This document shows positions 1 to 13,554 of a stretch of 64,000 nucleotides of DNA, piece after piece. Numbering within the stretch: the first letter of the stretch is position 1; each line of letters begins with the position of its first letter. The DNA lies in assembly GCA_964016885.1 (NCBI GenBank), contig CAXHJY010001441.1, positions 1-64,000 on the forward strand, written 5' to 3'. The DNA comes from Eledone cirrhosa. Lineage: Eukaryota. The notes beneath the pieces were generated by a model. The model was not told the DNA's origin, did not search any database, and was given only the letters and a program-made list of their open reading frames with translations. The position numbers and the translations under genes are program-made.

Positions 1-157
1 CATGGACACATGAAGAGGAAGGCCGAGGTTGACATATGTTGATGCCCTAAGGACAGACACCGGTCTCCTGGAGTCGCAGGATATGTCAGCGATGATGAGG
101 GACAGAAACCGCTGGAAAGAACTCGTCCATGGATCTCGGGAATTTTACCCACCCTAA
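1..157 (+). mobile_element. 3' end fragment of an RTE-clade LINE
   Basis: Translates (one frameshift near the start) to GRPRLTYVDALRTDTGLLESQDMSAMMRDRNRWKELV...*, the typical RTE ORF C-terminus (GRP..TY.D...D.......DR..W). Confidence 0.65.
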
Positions 158-329
158 ACATATATATAAAGAGAGAGAGCGGATGGATAAATAGATAGAT
201 ACACAAATAGATCGATGGGTAAATAGATCGAAACAGAAGGAGCCAAGAAGGAAAAGAAGTATTAAAAGAGTAAGTAAGTGGACAAAGACAAGTGAAGACG
301 AAAAGTCACCTTTGAAAATTCTGTATGAT

Positions 330-1720
330 TATTTTAAGAAACACCCCTACTAGAGAAAAGAAAGGAAAGAAGAATCATACAACAAGTACGAGTTAATAGG
401 AGACACGGTTGGTCAATATACATAATGATATCCCTTCGCCCCAAATACAAGTGATTCCAAGGCCGACAACTCTTGCGTACAGCACCATTTAATCTTAGTG
501 AAATGAAAGAACTCGAAGACTTCATTAAAAACTGACGGCCGAAAAATGAGTCCAGCCAGAATGGGATGCTTCACAAAATTTACAAAATAAGTTCCATTAT
601 GAACAACAAACTATTTCTCATACTTTGGAAAGACTGAAAAGAAAAGGTGATTGTGGATAGTTGGGTAAAAACAGAAAGAATCCGCCTTCTCGAGGAGCAG
701 AATTCGTCAACACTTTACTAAATTAGGCCAATTTCCCTACTAAGTATAGATACAAAAATATTTATCACTTATTACCAGACTGGTATCGACATTTTTGTTG
801 ACTAATGGTTACATCTATGGTACAGTGCAGAAGTATTAGGTGTACTAGCATGCACTATATATGTGACTATAATTCAGGGTACTATACAGACATCAGAGAA
901 GGAGTAACGTGACTTGGTAGTTATGCAGCTTAATATTGCAAATGCTATCGACTCAGTTTCACACAAACTGCTGGATTATGTTATGTGACGTTATGTTACT
1001 TCATAGACGTTTGAAGTTGAGCAAGACAGGATAGAAAGGACATTGGGTATGGTAGCCCAGTAGAGCCAGTATGCTGGTTCACCCCGGCTAAGACGAGTTT
1101 CCTACACACGATAGTTTAAGATGTAGGAAAGTAGAGTTGAGTGATCTCTGAGAATGTGAGCATGTTGGAACAACGTGGTACATATTCTCCAGTTGCCTAA
1201 TATACCTGAAACGTAGATACGTATGTCAGCATGGTCAAACATTTCCAGTACTGGTTGATGAATGGATAACAGATTACAAAGAATTCACAGCGGTGACAGA
1301 TTACCACTAGTGAAGAGAAGAATACAGTTTTTTAAGGAAGCTGAACACTCATATTCGATACTATAAGAAACATGAGGCTTCAGTTGATTTTCAGGTTAAA
1401 TAAAACTTCACACTTATTACCATGGTAGGAACTGATTTCGACATGTGGTGCAAGGAAAGGAAGTGGGTAAAATAATAGACCTAACAGTCTCCTGAAAAGC
1501 GGGCATCAATGATTCATTTGACAGGTGATACAGCGAGCTGTTTGAACTCTACGAAAGCAATGAATGGGAAGCAACATGTTTTCATTTAGGGATAGGTATC
1601 AGAGGATTTGTTGGAACCAGAGTTACCTCGCTGTTCAGAAGCTTTAGATTAGCTGCAAAGGCAAAGAAAGAGAAACATTTTCAGAGGAAATTGTCATCTG
1701 GATCTAGCGAGAAGACGAAT
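330..1720 (+). mobile_element. Heavily degraded Hero/R2-group non-LTR retrotransposon (RT plus restriction-like endonuclease), internally deleted
   Basis: Broken RT remnants EQNSSTL*IRPISLLSIDTKIF, FLLTNGYIYGTVQK and DLVVMQLNIANAIDSVSHKLL (~690-980). REL-type tail IIDLTVS*...YSELFE...EWEATCFHLGIGIRGFVG (~1470-1620). Confidence 0.6.
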
Positions 1721-2283
1721 GGTGAATCTGTTACAGAGGGAACTGTCTGTTAAACAGGATAAATCGTAGAGTTGGACTCTGAGTCACATTATCTGATTCA
1801 TCTAATGTTGTGCTGTATACAGGAGTTTCATCGCCTACATCGGTGGGTGGTTCCAGCTAGCTCTGGTGATTTGCTGGAAGGGACCAACATTCCTAGAGAG
1901 CTACTTATTCAGTGTGGGTGACATCGACCCTTACATTCGGAGACGGAGTACATGAACGTTGTCAACGAATAAGTGTTTACGCCAAGTAAATATCGATGAC
2001 AGATTTTAACATCGGTAATGGAACCGTAAAACCAGTGCTCTTCAAGCAAAGTTTCTTGCAATATAGGCTCAGCGTCGAGTTAGTCATGCTCTTACAAACC
2101 AATAATTGACGAATGAGAACAATCCAATCTTTGCTATAAATATAAAATGTTTCCTCTCATAATAAACAATTAATTAATTAAGAGCCTATAACCGTTTCAT
2201 GCTATCCCTCAGCAGATATAGAAATATGCTACTACGGCTTTCATTCTCAATTAAGTATGAATTGGTAGTAAATACCATTCTTT

Positions 2284-2420
2284 CGAGGCAGCGAATTGGC
2301 AGAGTCGTTAGAACTTTCGGATAAAATGATTTGCAGTAGCCGTTCTAGCTTTCTTCTTTATGAGTTCGAATCCCGCCGAGGTAAATATTGGCTTTCATCC
2401 ATTCAAGGTCGATAAAAAGT
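2284..2420 (+). mobile_element. tRNA-derived SINE, same family as the trimer at 15.9-16.5 kb
   Basis: A-box-like TGGCAGAGTCG, B-box GAGTTCGAATCCC, then the conserved CTTTCATCC...GGTCGATAAAA.GTAC block. Confidence 0.7.
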
Positions 2421-2745
2421 ACAAATCTAGTACAAATAAAAATAGAATCCACACACAGAAAAGATGCAATGTTTAGGCAAATTACAGAGGCAGTAAGCAT
2501 AAAAGAATTACAACCAAAATTAAATAGAAAATATGAGTGGAACAGCAACATCACAACTTACAATTAAGGACAAAATGAAAACACACACAGGACAAAATGA
2601 AAACACACACACACATAGAACAAACAACCAACCAACAATAAATAAATAAATAAATAAACAAATAGATACATGAACACAAACACACACAGACACCCGGATG
2701 TGGCGCATGCGCAAACTGAGCACACAACACACACACAGAAACAAA

Positions 2746-3057
2746 ATGGCGTAGGATAGAAGAAAGGAAAGGCACAGAAACTAAGAAAGGAATCCCCAGT
2801 CACTGAAGAGGTCACAGAGTGTGTGACGAAAGGACTATGACTATATATAAACAACTATCTGGTTGTGGAACCAACCAACCAACCAGAAATTTATAAGTTT
2901 GTAGATTTGTAAATTTATAAATATATAATAAATTGAAGTGAAAGCAACTGGTGCGTGTGTTTCTTATTGGCAACATGACCCTCCCAAAGTATAACAATAT
3001 CGGTTTCAACAGACGATTTCAGATAAAGAATCTTGCTAAACAAATTCAGAAACGAAA
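2746..3057 (+). mobile_element. Non-coding HHR-bearing repeat, family D (PLE pseudo-LTR-like); second copy at 44159-44463
   Basis: ~300-bp direct similarity to 44159-44463. Both copies end in (TA)n and carry a hammerhead core. Confidence 0.7.
2798..2842 (+). ncRNA. Minimal type I hammerhead ribozyme (family D), stem III degenerate
   Basis: AGTCA-CTGAAGA-gGTCACAgagtgTGTGAC-GAAA-ggac-TA-TGACT: stem I, core, stem II, GAAA and a UH site. Confidence 0.6.
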
Positions 3058-3231
3058 TATATATATATATATATATACATACAGGTACACATACATATAG
3101 TACGTATCAGTTTAGAGGACGCTTATTATAGCGCCCGCTTTGTTCAATTGTAAACAAACTGAACAGCCTGAATTTATGCCGTACGGTGTTAAGGCAACCA
3201 CGTCACCTTTTTGTTCAACACTGACACAGGA

Positions 3232-3274
3232 ACGATGTACTAGTTTCAAGCTTGTTAGCTATCATCAGCACCGT
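3232..3274 (-). ncRNA. Minimal type I hammerhead ribozyme (family A)
   Basis: Minus strand: ACGGTG-CTGATGA-tAGCTaacaAGCTt-GAAA-CTAG-TA-CATCGT. Confidence 0.85.
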
Positions 3275-3676
3275 ATACCCTTCTGCCAGATGGTTGAACG
3301 TTCGAAAGTATATACTTTCCTTATGAAAATTAACGGCTGAGCAGCCTAATTTGCATATCGAGTGAGTTAAATCGGTCAGGCGCACCGAAAACGATGAGTT
3401 GTAATAAAATGAAAACGAAATTTCATTTCTCACTCTTAGTACGGCACTTACTTAAATGTAAGTATATATGTATACATACATACATATATGTATACAGACG
3501 TACAGTAGCATGCATACATATATATATATATAGGTAAGTATGTATGTATACGTACATACATATATGTATACAGACGTACATACATATATGTATACAGACG
3601 TGAGAAATGAAATTTCGTTTTCATTTTATTACAACTCATCGTTTTCGGTGCGCCTGACCGATTTAACTCACTCGAT

Positions 3677-3724
3677 ATGCAAATTAGGCTGCTCAGCCGT
3701 TAATTTTCATAAGGAAAGTATATA
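3677..3724 (+). promoter_or_regulatory. Putative snRNA-type promoter cassette: octamer ATGCAAAT, PSE-like segment, TATATA
   Basis: ATGCAAAT at 3677-3684, CTCAGCCGTTAA, then TATATA at 3719-3724, 40 nt upstream of HHR stem I. The same layout occurs in family B. Confidence 0.45.
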
Positions 3725-3758
3725 CTTTCGAACGTTCAACCATCTGGCAGAAGGGTAT

Positions 3759-3801
3759 ACGGTGCTGATGATAGCTAACAAGCTTGAAACTAGTACATCG
3801 T
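3759..3801 (+). ncRNA. Minimal type I hammerhead ribozyme (family A)
   Basis: ACGGTG-CTGATGA-tAGCTaacaAGCTt-GAAA-CTAG-TA-CATCGT; palindromic stem III; GUA cleavage triplet. Confidence 0.85.
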
Positions 3802-3949
3802 TCCTGTGTCAGTGTTGAACAAAATGGTGACGTGGTTGCCTTAACACCGTACGGCATAAATTCAGGCTGTTCAGTTTGTTTACAAACGAACAAAGCGGGC
3901 GCTATAATAAGCGTCCTCTAAACTGATACGTACATATATGTATGTGTAC

Positions 3950-4008
<59 letters not shown>

Positions 4009-4118
4009 TGCTACTGTACGTCTGTATACATATATGTATGTACGTATACATACATACTTACATTTAAGTAAGTGCCGTACTAAGAGTGAGAAATGAAATT
4101 TCGTTTTCATTTTATTAC

Positions 4119-4162
<44 letters not shown>

Positions 4163-4179
4163 ATTTTATGAACGTTTAT

Positions 4180-4385
4180 GAATATTTTAGTTTGTGTGAA
4201 GTGTTAAGGTATTAGTTAATTTATTTATTAATTAACAATGGCACTTATTTATTTATATGTTTAATAATTGTCTATATTATTAATAGACAATTATTAAATA
4301 TATAAATAAATAAATAAATGCCATTGTTAATTAATAAATGAATTAACAAATACCTTAACTCTTCACACAAAGTAAAATATTTTTT
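4180..4385. repeat. AT-rich foldback (imperfect ~100-bp inverted repeat, MITE-like)
   Basis: TTTGTGTGAAG...AATAATTGTCTAT pairs with ATAGACAATTATT...CTTCACACAAA. Confidence 0.7.
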
Positions 4386-4472
4386 TAAAAACATTTTCTC
4401 ACCTAGAAAAGAGAGAAAAGAATAAAAGGGAAAAAAATATTTTCCTTCCTAATAATCCACTTTTCTCCCTAT

Positions 4473-4509
<37 letters not shown>

Positions 4510-4701
4510 GTATAGGATTATCCAAGATGTAGTGATGGTTAATTACTACACTGGATATGGTTGACGTACGGTAAGAGGTTACTCTACGAGTTATGGAAGA
4601 ATTGTTCAAGAAACTTAGTTCCTGATCCTTCAGTGTTCCGGAGTGTATATAAAGAATGAATAATAACAGGTAGACATCATAAAAAGGTAGTTTATTCCGT
4701 G

Positions 4702-4813
4702 TGCTTACAAGTGTTTCCACGGTGGTGCTGCAGCCTAGTTCCGCTACGTGCAAATTCACAAGTATTTGCAGAACTCGAATATCCAATGCTGTGACCACTG
4801 TTTCCTCAGAGCA
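4702..4813 (-). ncRNA. Type I hammerhead ribozyme with extended stem II (PLE1 pLTR)
   Basis: Reverse complement of 7331-7442. Confidence 0.75.
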
Positions 4814-5266
4814 GAATGGTAAATATACAATGTAAAAACCCTTAAGTGGGGTTGTTGGGGAAGATAGAGTGGAACAGGAAGAGAGAAAAGTAGGGAAGAA
4901 GGAGAGAGTGGCTTGTAGATGTCTTAATCAAAATGTTATGGTAGGGGTTTTATTAGTTACTTTTGGAGAGATGCGTAGATAGTTGAGGTCGGAATTATTT
5001 ATTGCCCCAGAGGGCAGGTTCATAAATGTTGAGAGGGAGGTAGGTCAAAGGTGAGAGAGAGAGTGTGTAATGGATGTAGAGAGAGATATATAGGTAGAGA
5101 GGGGACAGATAAATATGTGTGGTGAGTGAACTTTTGGTTTTGTAGTAGTATTCTAGGAGTTGTACTGAGTTACCATGTATAGTGATAAGCAGTGTATTGT
5201 CTTGTAGTGTGGGGGGAAGAGAAGGTTGTTAGCTAGAAAGTGGTGTTGTAGTTACGGGTTCGAATG

Positions 5267-6448
5267 TTAAGTTATTTTATAGTGAGAGAATTTAGCTTTT
5301 AGTTTGTGGTTGCAGTATAATGATCGTTCAATTCTATCGTTAAGTAGTTTGTTTTGGGATTTTAGTATGTAAAATAGCTCAAGGTTACATAACCTGCAGT
5401 ACTTCAAACCACTCCGATATGCATTTGCGCTGGAAAGTATATCCCATTTTAAGGTGAACTGTTGGTTGTGTTCACGGAGTTGCCAGGTCTTGTTGGCGAG
5501 CGTGGTCACAAAGCGGTGATTCTGATGTTTGATTGAGAATCGATGACGGTACCAGCGAGATTTAAACGATGTGGTGGTAGATCCAATATAATACCATTTC
5601 TGGTCGTCCGATTCAACCGTGCATTGGTAAACAATGTTGGACTTTAGGCATTCATTCTGCAATGGACATATTTCAGGTAGATGGCAGTTACATGCTTTGT
5701 TGTGGGTAGCGGGTACACCATGGATAGGTTGTGATAGCGGTACAGGTGGGTTGTGCAATACCCGTCTCCCATTTAGTGGTTGGGAGGCAGATATTGCGTT
5801 CTGCCTATCTGTTACTAAAATGTTTTGTTTTGTAGAGTTATTTAATTGCCTTAAGTTAAGTTTTTTTATGTATGCTTCAAGGTTTGGTGCCGTGGAGTAT
5901 GATAGTCTAATAGTTTTGGAGTTCAGAATTTTGCTGTACTTATGGGAACTAGGGAAGTGTTTATTGATTAATTTAAAGAATGAAAAAGATAGTTTTGTAC
6001 TAATCGAGGCATTAAAAATAGGATTATACCAGATATACTTTCTACAACGTGATTTATTTGGTGGTGATCTTCTATTATTAGTATGTCTGGTAGTACAGTG
6101 TGTGTGTGCTTGTGTTTTAGTCCCCCGGTTACGTATACCTTGATTACGTGTAGAGCTATGTTTGTTGTGGAAATTACTATCGATGTATTCTATTGTATCC
6201 CGGTGGTCAGCATTCCTTAATGCATTATTGTAGTATTCAGCATGTTCGCTAAATATATCAGAGTTAGACGATAGGCGAGAGATTCTAAGAGAAATACTCC
6301 CGGGAACTGATTTGATCATGGAGAGTGGGTGGTTAGAGTTAAAGTCAATATACGTAAGGTTCTCATTTACCTTGTGGAAGGGTCGTATCTGTCCGGTATT
6401 TAAATTAAGAGTTACGTCCAGAAAGTTTACTACCTTAAGATTGTATTC
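5267..6448 (-). pseudogene. 5'-truncated PLE polyprotein: RT C-terminus/thumb, CxCx5Cx5C linker, GIY-YIG endonuclease
   Basis: VNFLDVTLNL...PFHK...SNHP; WYNP; CNCHLPEICPLQNEC; NIVYQCTV...YYIGSTTTSFKSRWYRH; CRLCNLE; LLNDR. No internal stops. Confidence 0.9.
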
Positions 6449-6877
6449 GCATGTAACTGCCATCTACCTGAAATATGTCCATTGCAGAATGAATGCCTAA
6501 AGTCCAACATTGTTTACCAATGCACGGTTGAATCGGACGACCAGAAATGGTATTATATTGGATCTACCACCACATCGTTTAAATCTCGCTGGTACCGTCA
6601 TCGATTCTCAATCAAACATCAGAATCACCGCTTTGTGACCACGCTCGCCAACAAGACCTGGCAACTCCGTGAACACAACCAACAGTTCACCTTAAAATGG
6701 GATATACTTTCCAGCGCAAATGCATATCGGAGTGGTTTGAAGTACTGCAGGTTATGTAACCTTGAGCTATTTTACATACTAAAATCCCAAAACAAACTAC
6801 TTAACGATAGAATTGAACGATCATTATACTGCAACCACAAACTAAAAGCTAAATTCTCTCACTATAAAATAACTTAA
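6449..6877 (+). pseudogene. Inverted duplicate of the PLE1 Cys linker and GIY-YIG domain
   Basis: Translation is identical to the C-terminus of ORF 5267-6463. Confidence 0.85.
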
Positions 6878-7330
6878 CATTCGAACCCGTAACTACAACA
6901 CCACTTTCTAGCTAACAACCTTCTCTTCCCCCCACACTACAAGACAATACACTGCTTATCACTATACATGGTAACTCAGTACAACTCCTAGAATACTACT
7001 ACAAAACCAAAAGTTCACTCACCACACATATTTATCTGTCCCCTCTCTACCTATATATCTCTCTCTACATCCATTACACACTCTCTCTCTCACCTTTGAC
7101 CTACCTCCCTCTCAACATTTATGAACCTGCCCTCTGGGGCAATAAATAATTCCGACCTCAACTATCTACGCATCTCTCCAAAAGTAACTAATAAAACCCC
7201 TACCATAACATTTTGATTAAGACATCTACAAGCCACTCTCTCCTTCTTCCCTACTTTTCTCTCTTCCTGTTCCACTCTATCTTCCCCAACAACCCCACTT
7301 AAGGGTTTTTACATTGTATATTTACCATTC

Positions 7331-7442
7331 TGCTCTGAGGAAACAGTGGTCACAGCATTGGATATTCGAGTTCTGCAAATACTTGTGAATTTGCACGTAG
7401 CGGAACTAGGCTGCAGCACCACCGTGGAAACACTTGTAAGCA
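7331..7442 (+). ncRNA. Type I hammerhead ribozyme with ~85-nt stem II (PLE1 pLTR)
   Basis: TGCT-CTGAGGA-[aacaGTGGT...AGTTCTGC...GCGGAACT...ACCACcgtg]-GAAA-cacttG-TA-AGCA, followed by AATAAA at ~7448. Confidence 0.75.
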
Positions 7443-7489
7443 CACGGAATAAACTACCTTTTTATGATGTCTACCTGTTATTATTCATT

Positions 7490-7492
<3 letters not shown>

Positions 7493-7549
<57 letters not shown>

Positions 7550-7707
7550 AATAAGGATATTTTCGAAACAGCGTGTTGGTTTAAAATTATTAGAAATGTA
7601 AGCTATCGCCGTATTTTGTCTAAAGAAATTAAATAAATTATTTAGCCTGATAGTGGGGTTAACAACTCTCGGAGAAATGGAAAAAGATGAGTATTGACGT
7701 ACATTGA

Positions 7708-7774
<67 letters not shown>

Positions 7775-7785
7775 CATATATATAT

Positions 7786-7832
<47 letters not shown>

Positions 7833-7843
7833 CATATATATAT

Positions 7844-7875
<32 letters not shown>

Positions 7876-7914
7876 ATACATATATATATATTATATATAT
7901 ATGTATATATATTA

Positions 7915-7987
<73 letters not shown>

Positions 7988-8115
7988 ATACATATATATA
8001 TGTGTGTGTGTAAGTATATATGTATGTATTAATGTATGTATGCATATATATATATATATATATATACATATATATATAATACATATATATTATATATATG
8101 TATTATATATATATA
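7493..8115. repeat. Compound (TA)n/(CA)n/(GA)n microsatellite region
   Basis: Visible dinucleotide runs. Confidence 0.95.
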
Positions 8116-8169
8116 AAATAAAATAATTAAGTCAAATATTTAAAATTTGGCTTCGTTTATTTAAGGTGT

Positions 8170-8224
8170 ACTGCTATATATATTTCAGTGACAGCCATCC
8201 TTGGCTGTGACCTCTTCAGGCAGT
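8170..8224 (-). ncRNA. Type I hammerhead ribozyme (PLE2 inverted pLTR)
   Basis: Minus strand: ACTGC-CTGAAGA-GGTcACAGCCAaggaTGGCTGTcACT-GAAA-TATATA-TA-GCAGT. Confidence 0.8.
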
Positions 8225-8248
8225 CCTAATTGGAGTGATTGGCCAAAT

Positions 8249-8944
8249 AACTTTGACATCACGATGGGCTCCAGCGACTCCGCACAGGTAACGGACCTGG
8301 TTGGGCTCTTCTTGCTGAAGCAGATAAAAGGATAAATGCCCTGTCTGGGCGGCGGATTATATCGTGACGATGTTCTCTTCACAGTCTATGACCACAGCAC
8401 CACTATCGTGGAGAGAATGAAGAGGCGTATTCGGCATTTCTTTAAGAACCAGAGGCTCAGTATCGAACTAGACCCAAATAGAAAGGTAGTTAACTTCCTA
8501 GACACCACCTTAAACCTGAACACCGAGCAATACTACCCCTACCACAAGCCCAACGATAAACTGGTATATGTTAACGCCAAGTCAAACCATCCTAGATCCA
8601 TAATTAAGGCCGTAGTGAAGAGTGTCTCGGGCAGGATCTCCAGCCTGTCCGCAAATAAGGAGATCTTCGATAGCAACGCAGAATATTACAACGCGGCTCT
8701 AAATAAGGTGGCGCATGACCAAAATATATCATATAATACGGGGCGCCATGATGGGGATAGTCCACCGGACAAACCGACACGCGGTGTCCTTAAGCCTAAC
8801 AATACAGGTAGAGTGGAAACAACTAAACACCATGGGCCCGACACCACCACATTGGCGAGGGGGACGCGTACGCATAACCATGGGAGGAAACCCAATACGA
8901 GTAGCGGTCTCAGGGGTGATACTAACCATCCCGGGCGCGGATGA
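8249..8944 (+). pseudogene. PLE reverse transcriptase fragment with an in-frame stop
   Basis: NFDITMGSSDSAQVTDLVGLFLLKQIKG*MPCLGGGLYRDD...VNFLDTTLNL...YHKPND...SNHP; catalytic YRDD. Confidence 0.85.
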
Positions 8945-9358
8945 AGAGGGACTGATGGAGCACCATCGCATTGTAGAGCTCCCAACGTGGGCAACAACCA
9001 CCCCACAGCGGTGGAAGCAGCCTGATAAACCTCAGCACTGACTTCTCCGGGACGTGTAGACACCCCAGGGCCGGGACCTCCCTCAAGCTATATGGACAAT
9101 AGCAACACATTGGGATGGGAACTTCCCTCTAGCTATAAGGACAGCAGCCCCACCACACCGAGCCCACGGTAAACCATCCCTTGCACAATCACCACCGCTA
9201 CCTCCTGCCTCGATCGACTCCTGTGACAACACGTACTTATGCATATGTCCATACATAGATACAGTTATATAAGATGTACATGCACAGATACTTACATGTG
9301 TGTGTGTGGGTATGTGTGTGTGTGTGTGCATGTGTGTGTGTGTGTGTGGGGGGGGGGG

Positions 9359-9410
<52 letters not shown>

Positions 9411-9767
9411 ATAGGGGATGCACCTGGGTCTGTGCTTGTGCTTGTGTGCTTGGAACGATGTGAGTTGACACACACGCATATGTACTCTATGCCGAAATAG
9501 AAACTGTAGTCCTCTGAATTCCCGGTTTTTAACACTCGGGTTCTGGTGTTTTACACTACACGCTTGTCTCATTTGCTCTTAAAACACACGACACCACGAT
9601 AGTGTAAAGATTGTGATCCTTTGCACTTCCCGATCCACAGCCTTTCTACTTCACTCAATATTATCCAAATCTTTCAAACTTTGAGATTGGTTATAACACA
9701 CACGCATTTTATTTTATTCTTTTATTCTTTTATTCTTTTATTCCTTTATTATCTTATTCTTTTTATT

Positions 9768-9802
<35 letters not shown>

Positions 9803-10295
9803 TTATCGTTTTATTTTCTTCATTTTATTGCCTCTCTTTTATTTCTCCATTTTACATTATCTTATTTCTTCATCTGTTTGGCACCCCCCCCCCCCCTGCC
9901 CCGACCGCCACGGGAAATGGTGGCAGGATGGATGCCAACCCACACACACATTCTTCTAAACATAGCAGCAGCCGAACTAAAGCTGACCTGCCTACAGATC
10001 CCTTGACCCCAGAACACCAATACAAGGGAGGAGGTCAGCTATACTTAACAAAAACAACCACAACAGATTGCCTTGCCTCAGAAAAATTTCTATAGACTTT
10101 TGACTGAGGAATGTTCTCACAACTGACCAATGAGAGGAGAAGAAGCCCTTTGACGCCGAAATTCGTTTGCTCGAATTCATATGATTCCAGTTCCTCAGTG
10201 AAATAACAACCCAACCAGGAACTGGGCATACCAGAGTATTGACAAAGTTATACACCTCAACAACATGTGTACTCGTCTCTACCACACCGATTCGG

Positions 10296-10349
10296 ACTGC
10301 CTGAAGAGGTCACAGCCAAAGATGGCATCACCGAAATATATATAGCAGT
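10296..10349 (+). ncRNA. Type I hammerhead ribozyme (PLE2 3' pLTR)
   Basis: ACTGC-CTGAAGA-GGTcacaGCCAaagaTGGCatcACC-GAAA-TATATA-TA-GCAGT, immediately followed by AATAAA. Confidence 0.8.
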
Positions 10350-10488
10350 AATAAACGAAGCCAAATTTTAAACATTTGACTTATTTATTTTATTTTACAT
10401 TACTCCGGAGTAACCAAACCAACCTGCGTACATCGTCGAGTGCTCCAATCTGCATACTGAGGTGTTGGTATACAACCAACATATACTC

Positions 10489-12600
<2,112 letters not shown>

Positions 12601-12687
12601 GATCAAATACGCCTATTGATGCATATGTAGACAGATATATCCTTCATACAGCATTTTTCTTTCTCGATATTTAAGTTGATGCTCCAG

Positions 12688-13003
12688 CGTGGCTTTGTGA
12701 TTAGCGAAGTCGGTTCACGGTGGTATGGTCGTGAGTTCGATTTCTGGCGGTGCATTGTGTCATTGAGCAAGATACTTGATTTCACCTTGCTCCAGTCCAC
12801 TCAGCTGGCAAAAACAAGTTGTACCTGCATTTCGAAGTACCAGCCTTGTCACATTCTGCGTCAGGCAGAATCTTCCTGAGAACTACGTTAAGGGTAAGGA
12901 TGTTTGTGGAATGCTCAGCCACTTGCACGTTAATTTCACGGGCAGGCTGTTCCATTTATCGGATCAACTGGAACACTTGTCATCGTAGCCAACTGAGTGT
13001 CTT
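12688..13003 (+). mobile_element. tRNA-derived SINE, second family; a fragment also lies at ~36733-36850
   Basis: B-box GAGTTCGATTTC, then the central block TGTGTCATTGAGCAAGATACTT...TTGCTCCAGTCCACTCAGCTG. Confidence 0.7.
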
Positions 13004-13554
13004 CCATTCCATATTTCAAATACTCCTTATCCATAACAAAAGGTGTTTTTAACTGTTATTTCTCCTTTATCGAGTTACTTTTGTTTCGAAAGGATTTTTG
13101 TTGATTGTTTTCGTAGAGAGAATTTTCGTTTAAATCATCTAAGTTTTCTTGTCGCTATCATTTGGATCCATTTTTAGACAGAGCAAAGAGGAGACACTCA
13201 TGGTGTAGTTTGATCCTCGTCTTAATACTTTACTTCATAAACCTTTATACTCCTTACTGTTGTGCACTTCAAGATATTATTGGACTACCAGTCGAGTAAT
13301 GGAGTATATTTAAACGGCACCCCACCCCCACCCTCAATTTACTGACCTTGCGCCTAAATTACAAGCCACTGTCATTGGTGTTCTTGAATCTAATTTAACT
13401 CTCCTTGTTAATATCTTATTTTTAACGAAAATAATAATGTTCTATAAGTGAATTATTTCAAGACTTCAGGCCGTGAAGTTTGAAGCATTCCGTTACCATA
13501 TTTCTATTGAAAAACAGTCCGTGGTTTTCAATTTTTATTTATTTTTTTATAAGA

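Larger units (their letters stand above)
3075..4121. mobile_element. Family A HHR element (retrozyme-like): an inverted copy followed by a partial tandem copy
   Basis: 3601-3952 is the reverse complement of ~3085-3432, and 4005-4121 is the reverse complement of ~3398-3512. The unit restarts (TGAGAAATGAAATTTCG) at ~4087. Flanked by (TA)n. Confidence 0.8.
4506..7497. mobile_element. Penelope-like element 1 (probably Naiad-like), 5'-truncated, with an inverted copy of its 3' end
   Basis: RT C-terminus plus GIY-YIG ORF on the minus strand. 6449-7497 is the reverse complement of 4646-5695. There is an HHR in each arm and (TA)n on both flanks. Confidence 0.9.

Noticed and set aside
2284-2385. tRNA gene
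   Set aside because: A and B boxes are present but there is no cloverleaf, and the sequence continues into a SINE body found several times in the window.
5640-5695. Selenocysteine (UGA) recoding as reported for some Naiad PLEs
   Set aside because: All cysteines of the CxCx5Cx5C and CxxC motifs use TGT/TGC and the ORF has no in-frame UGA.
6449-6463. MAVTC as the true start of a 398-aa protein
   Set aside because: These codons come from the reverse strand of the inverted copy, and the element is 5'-truncated within the RT.
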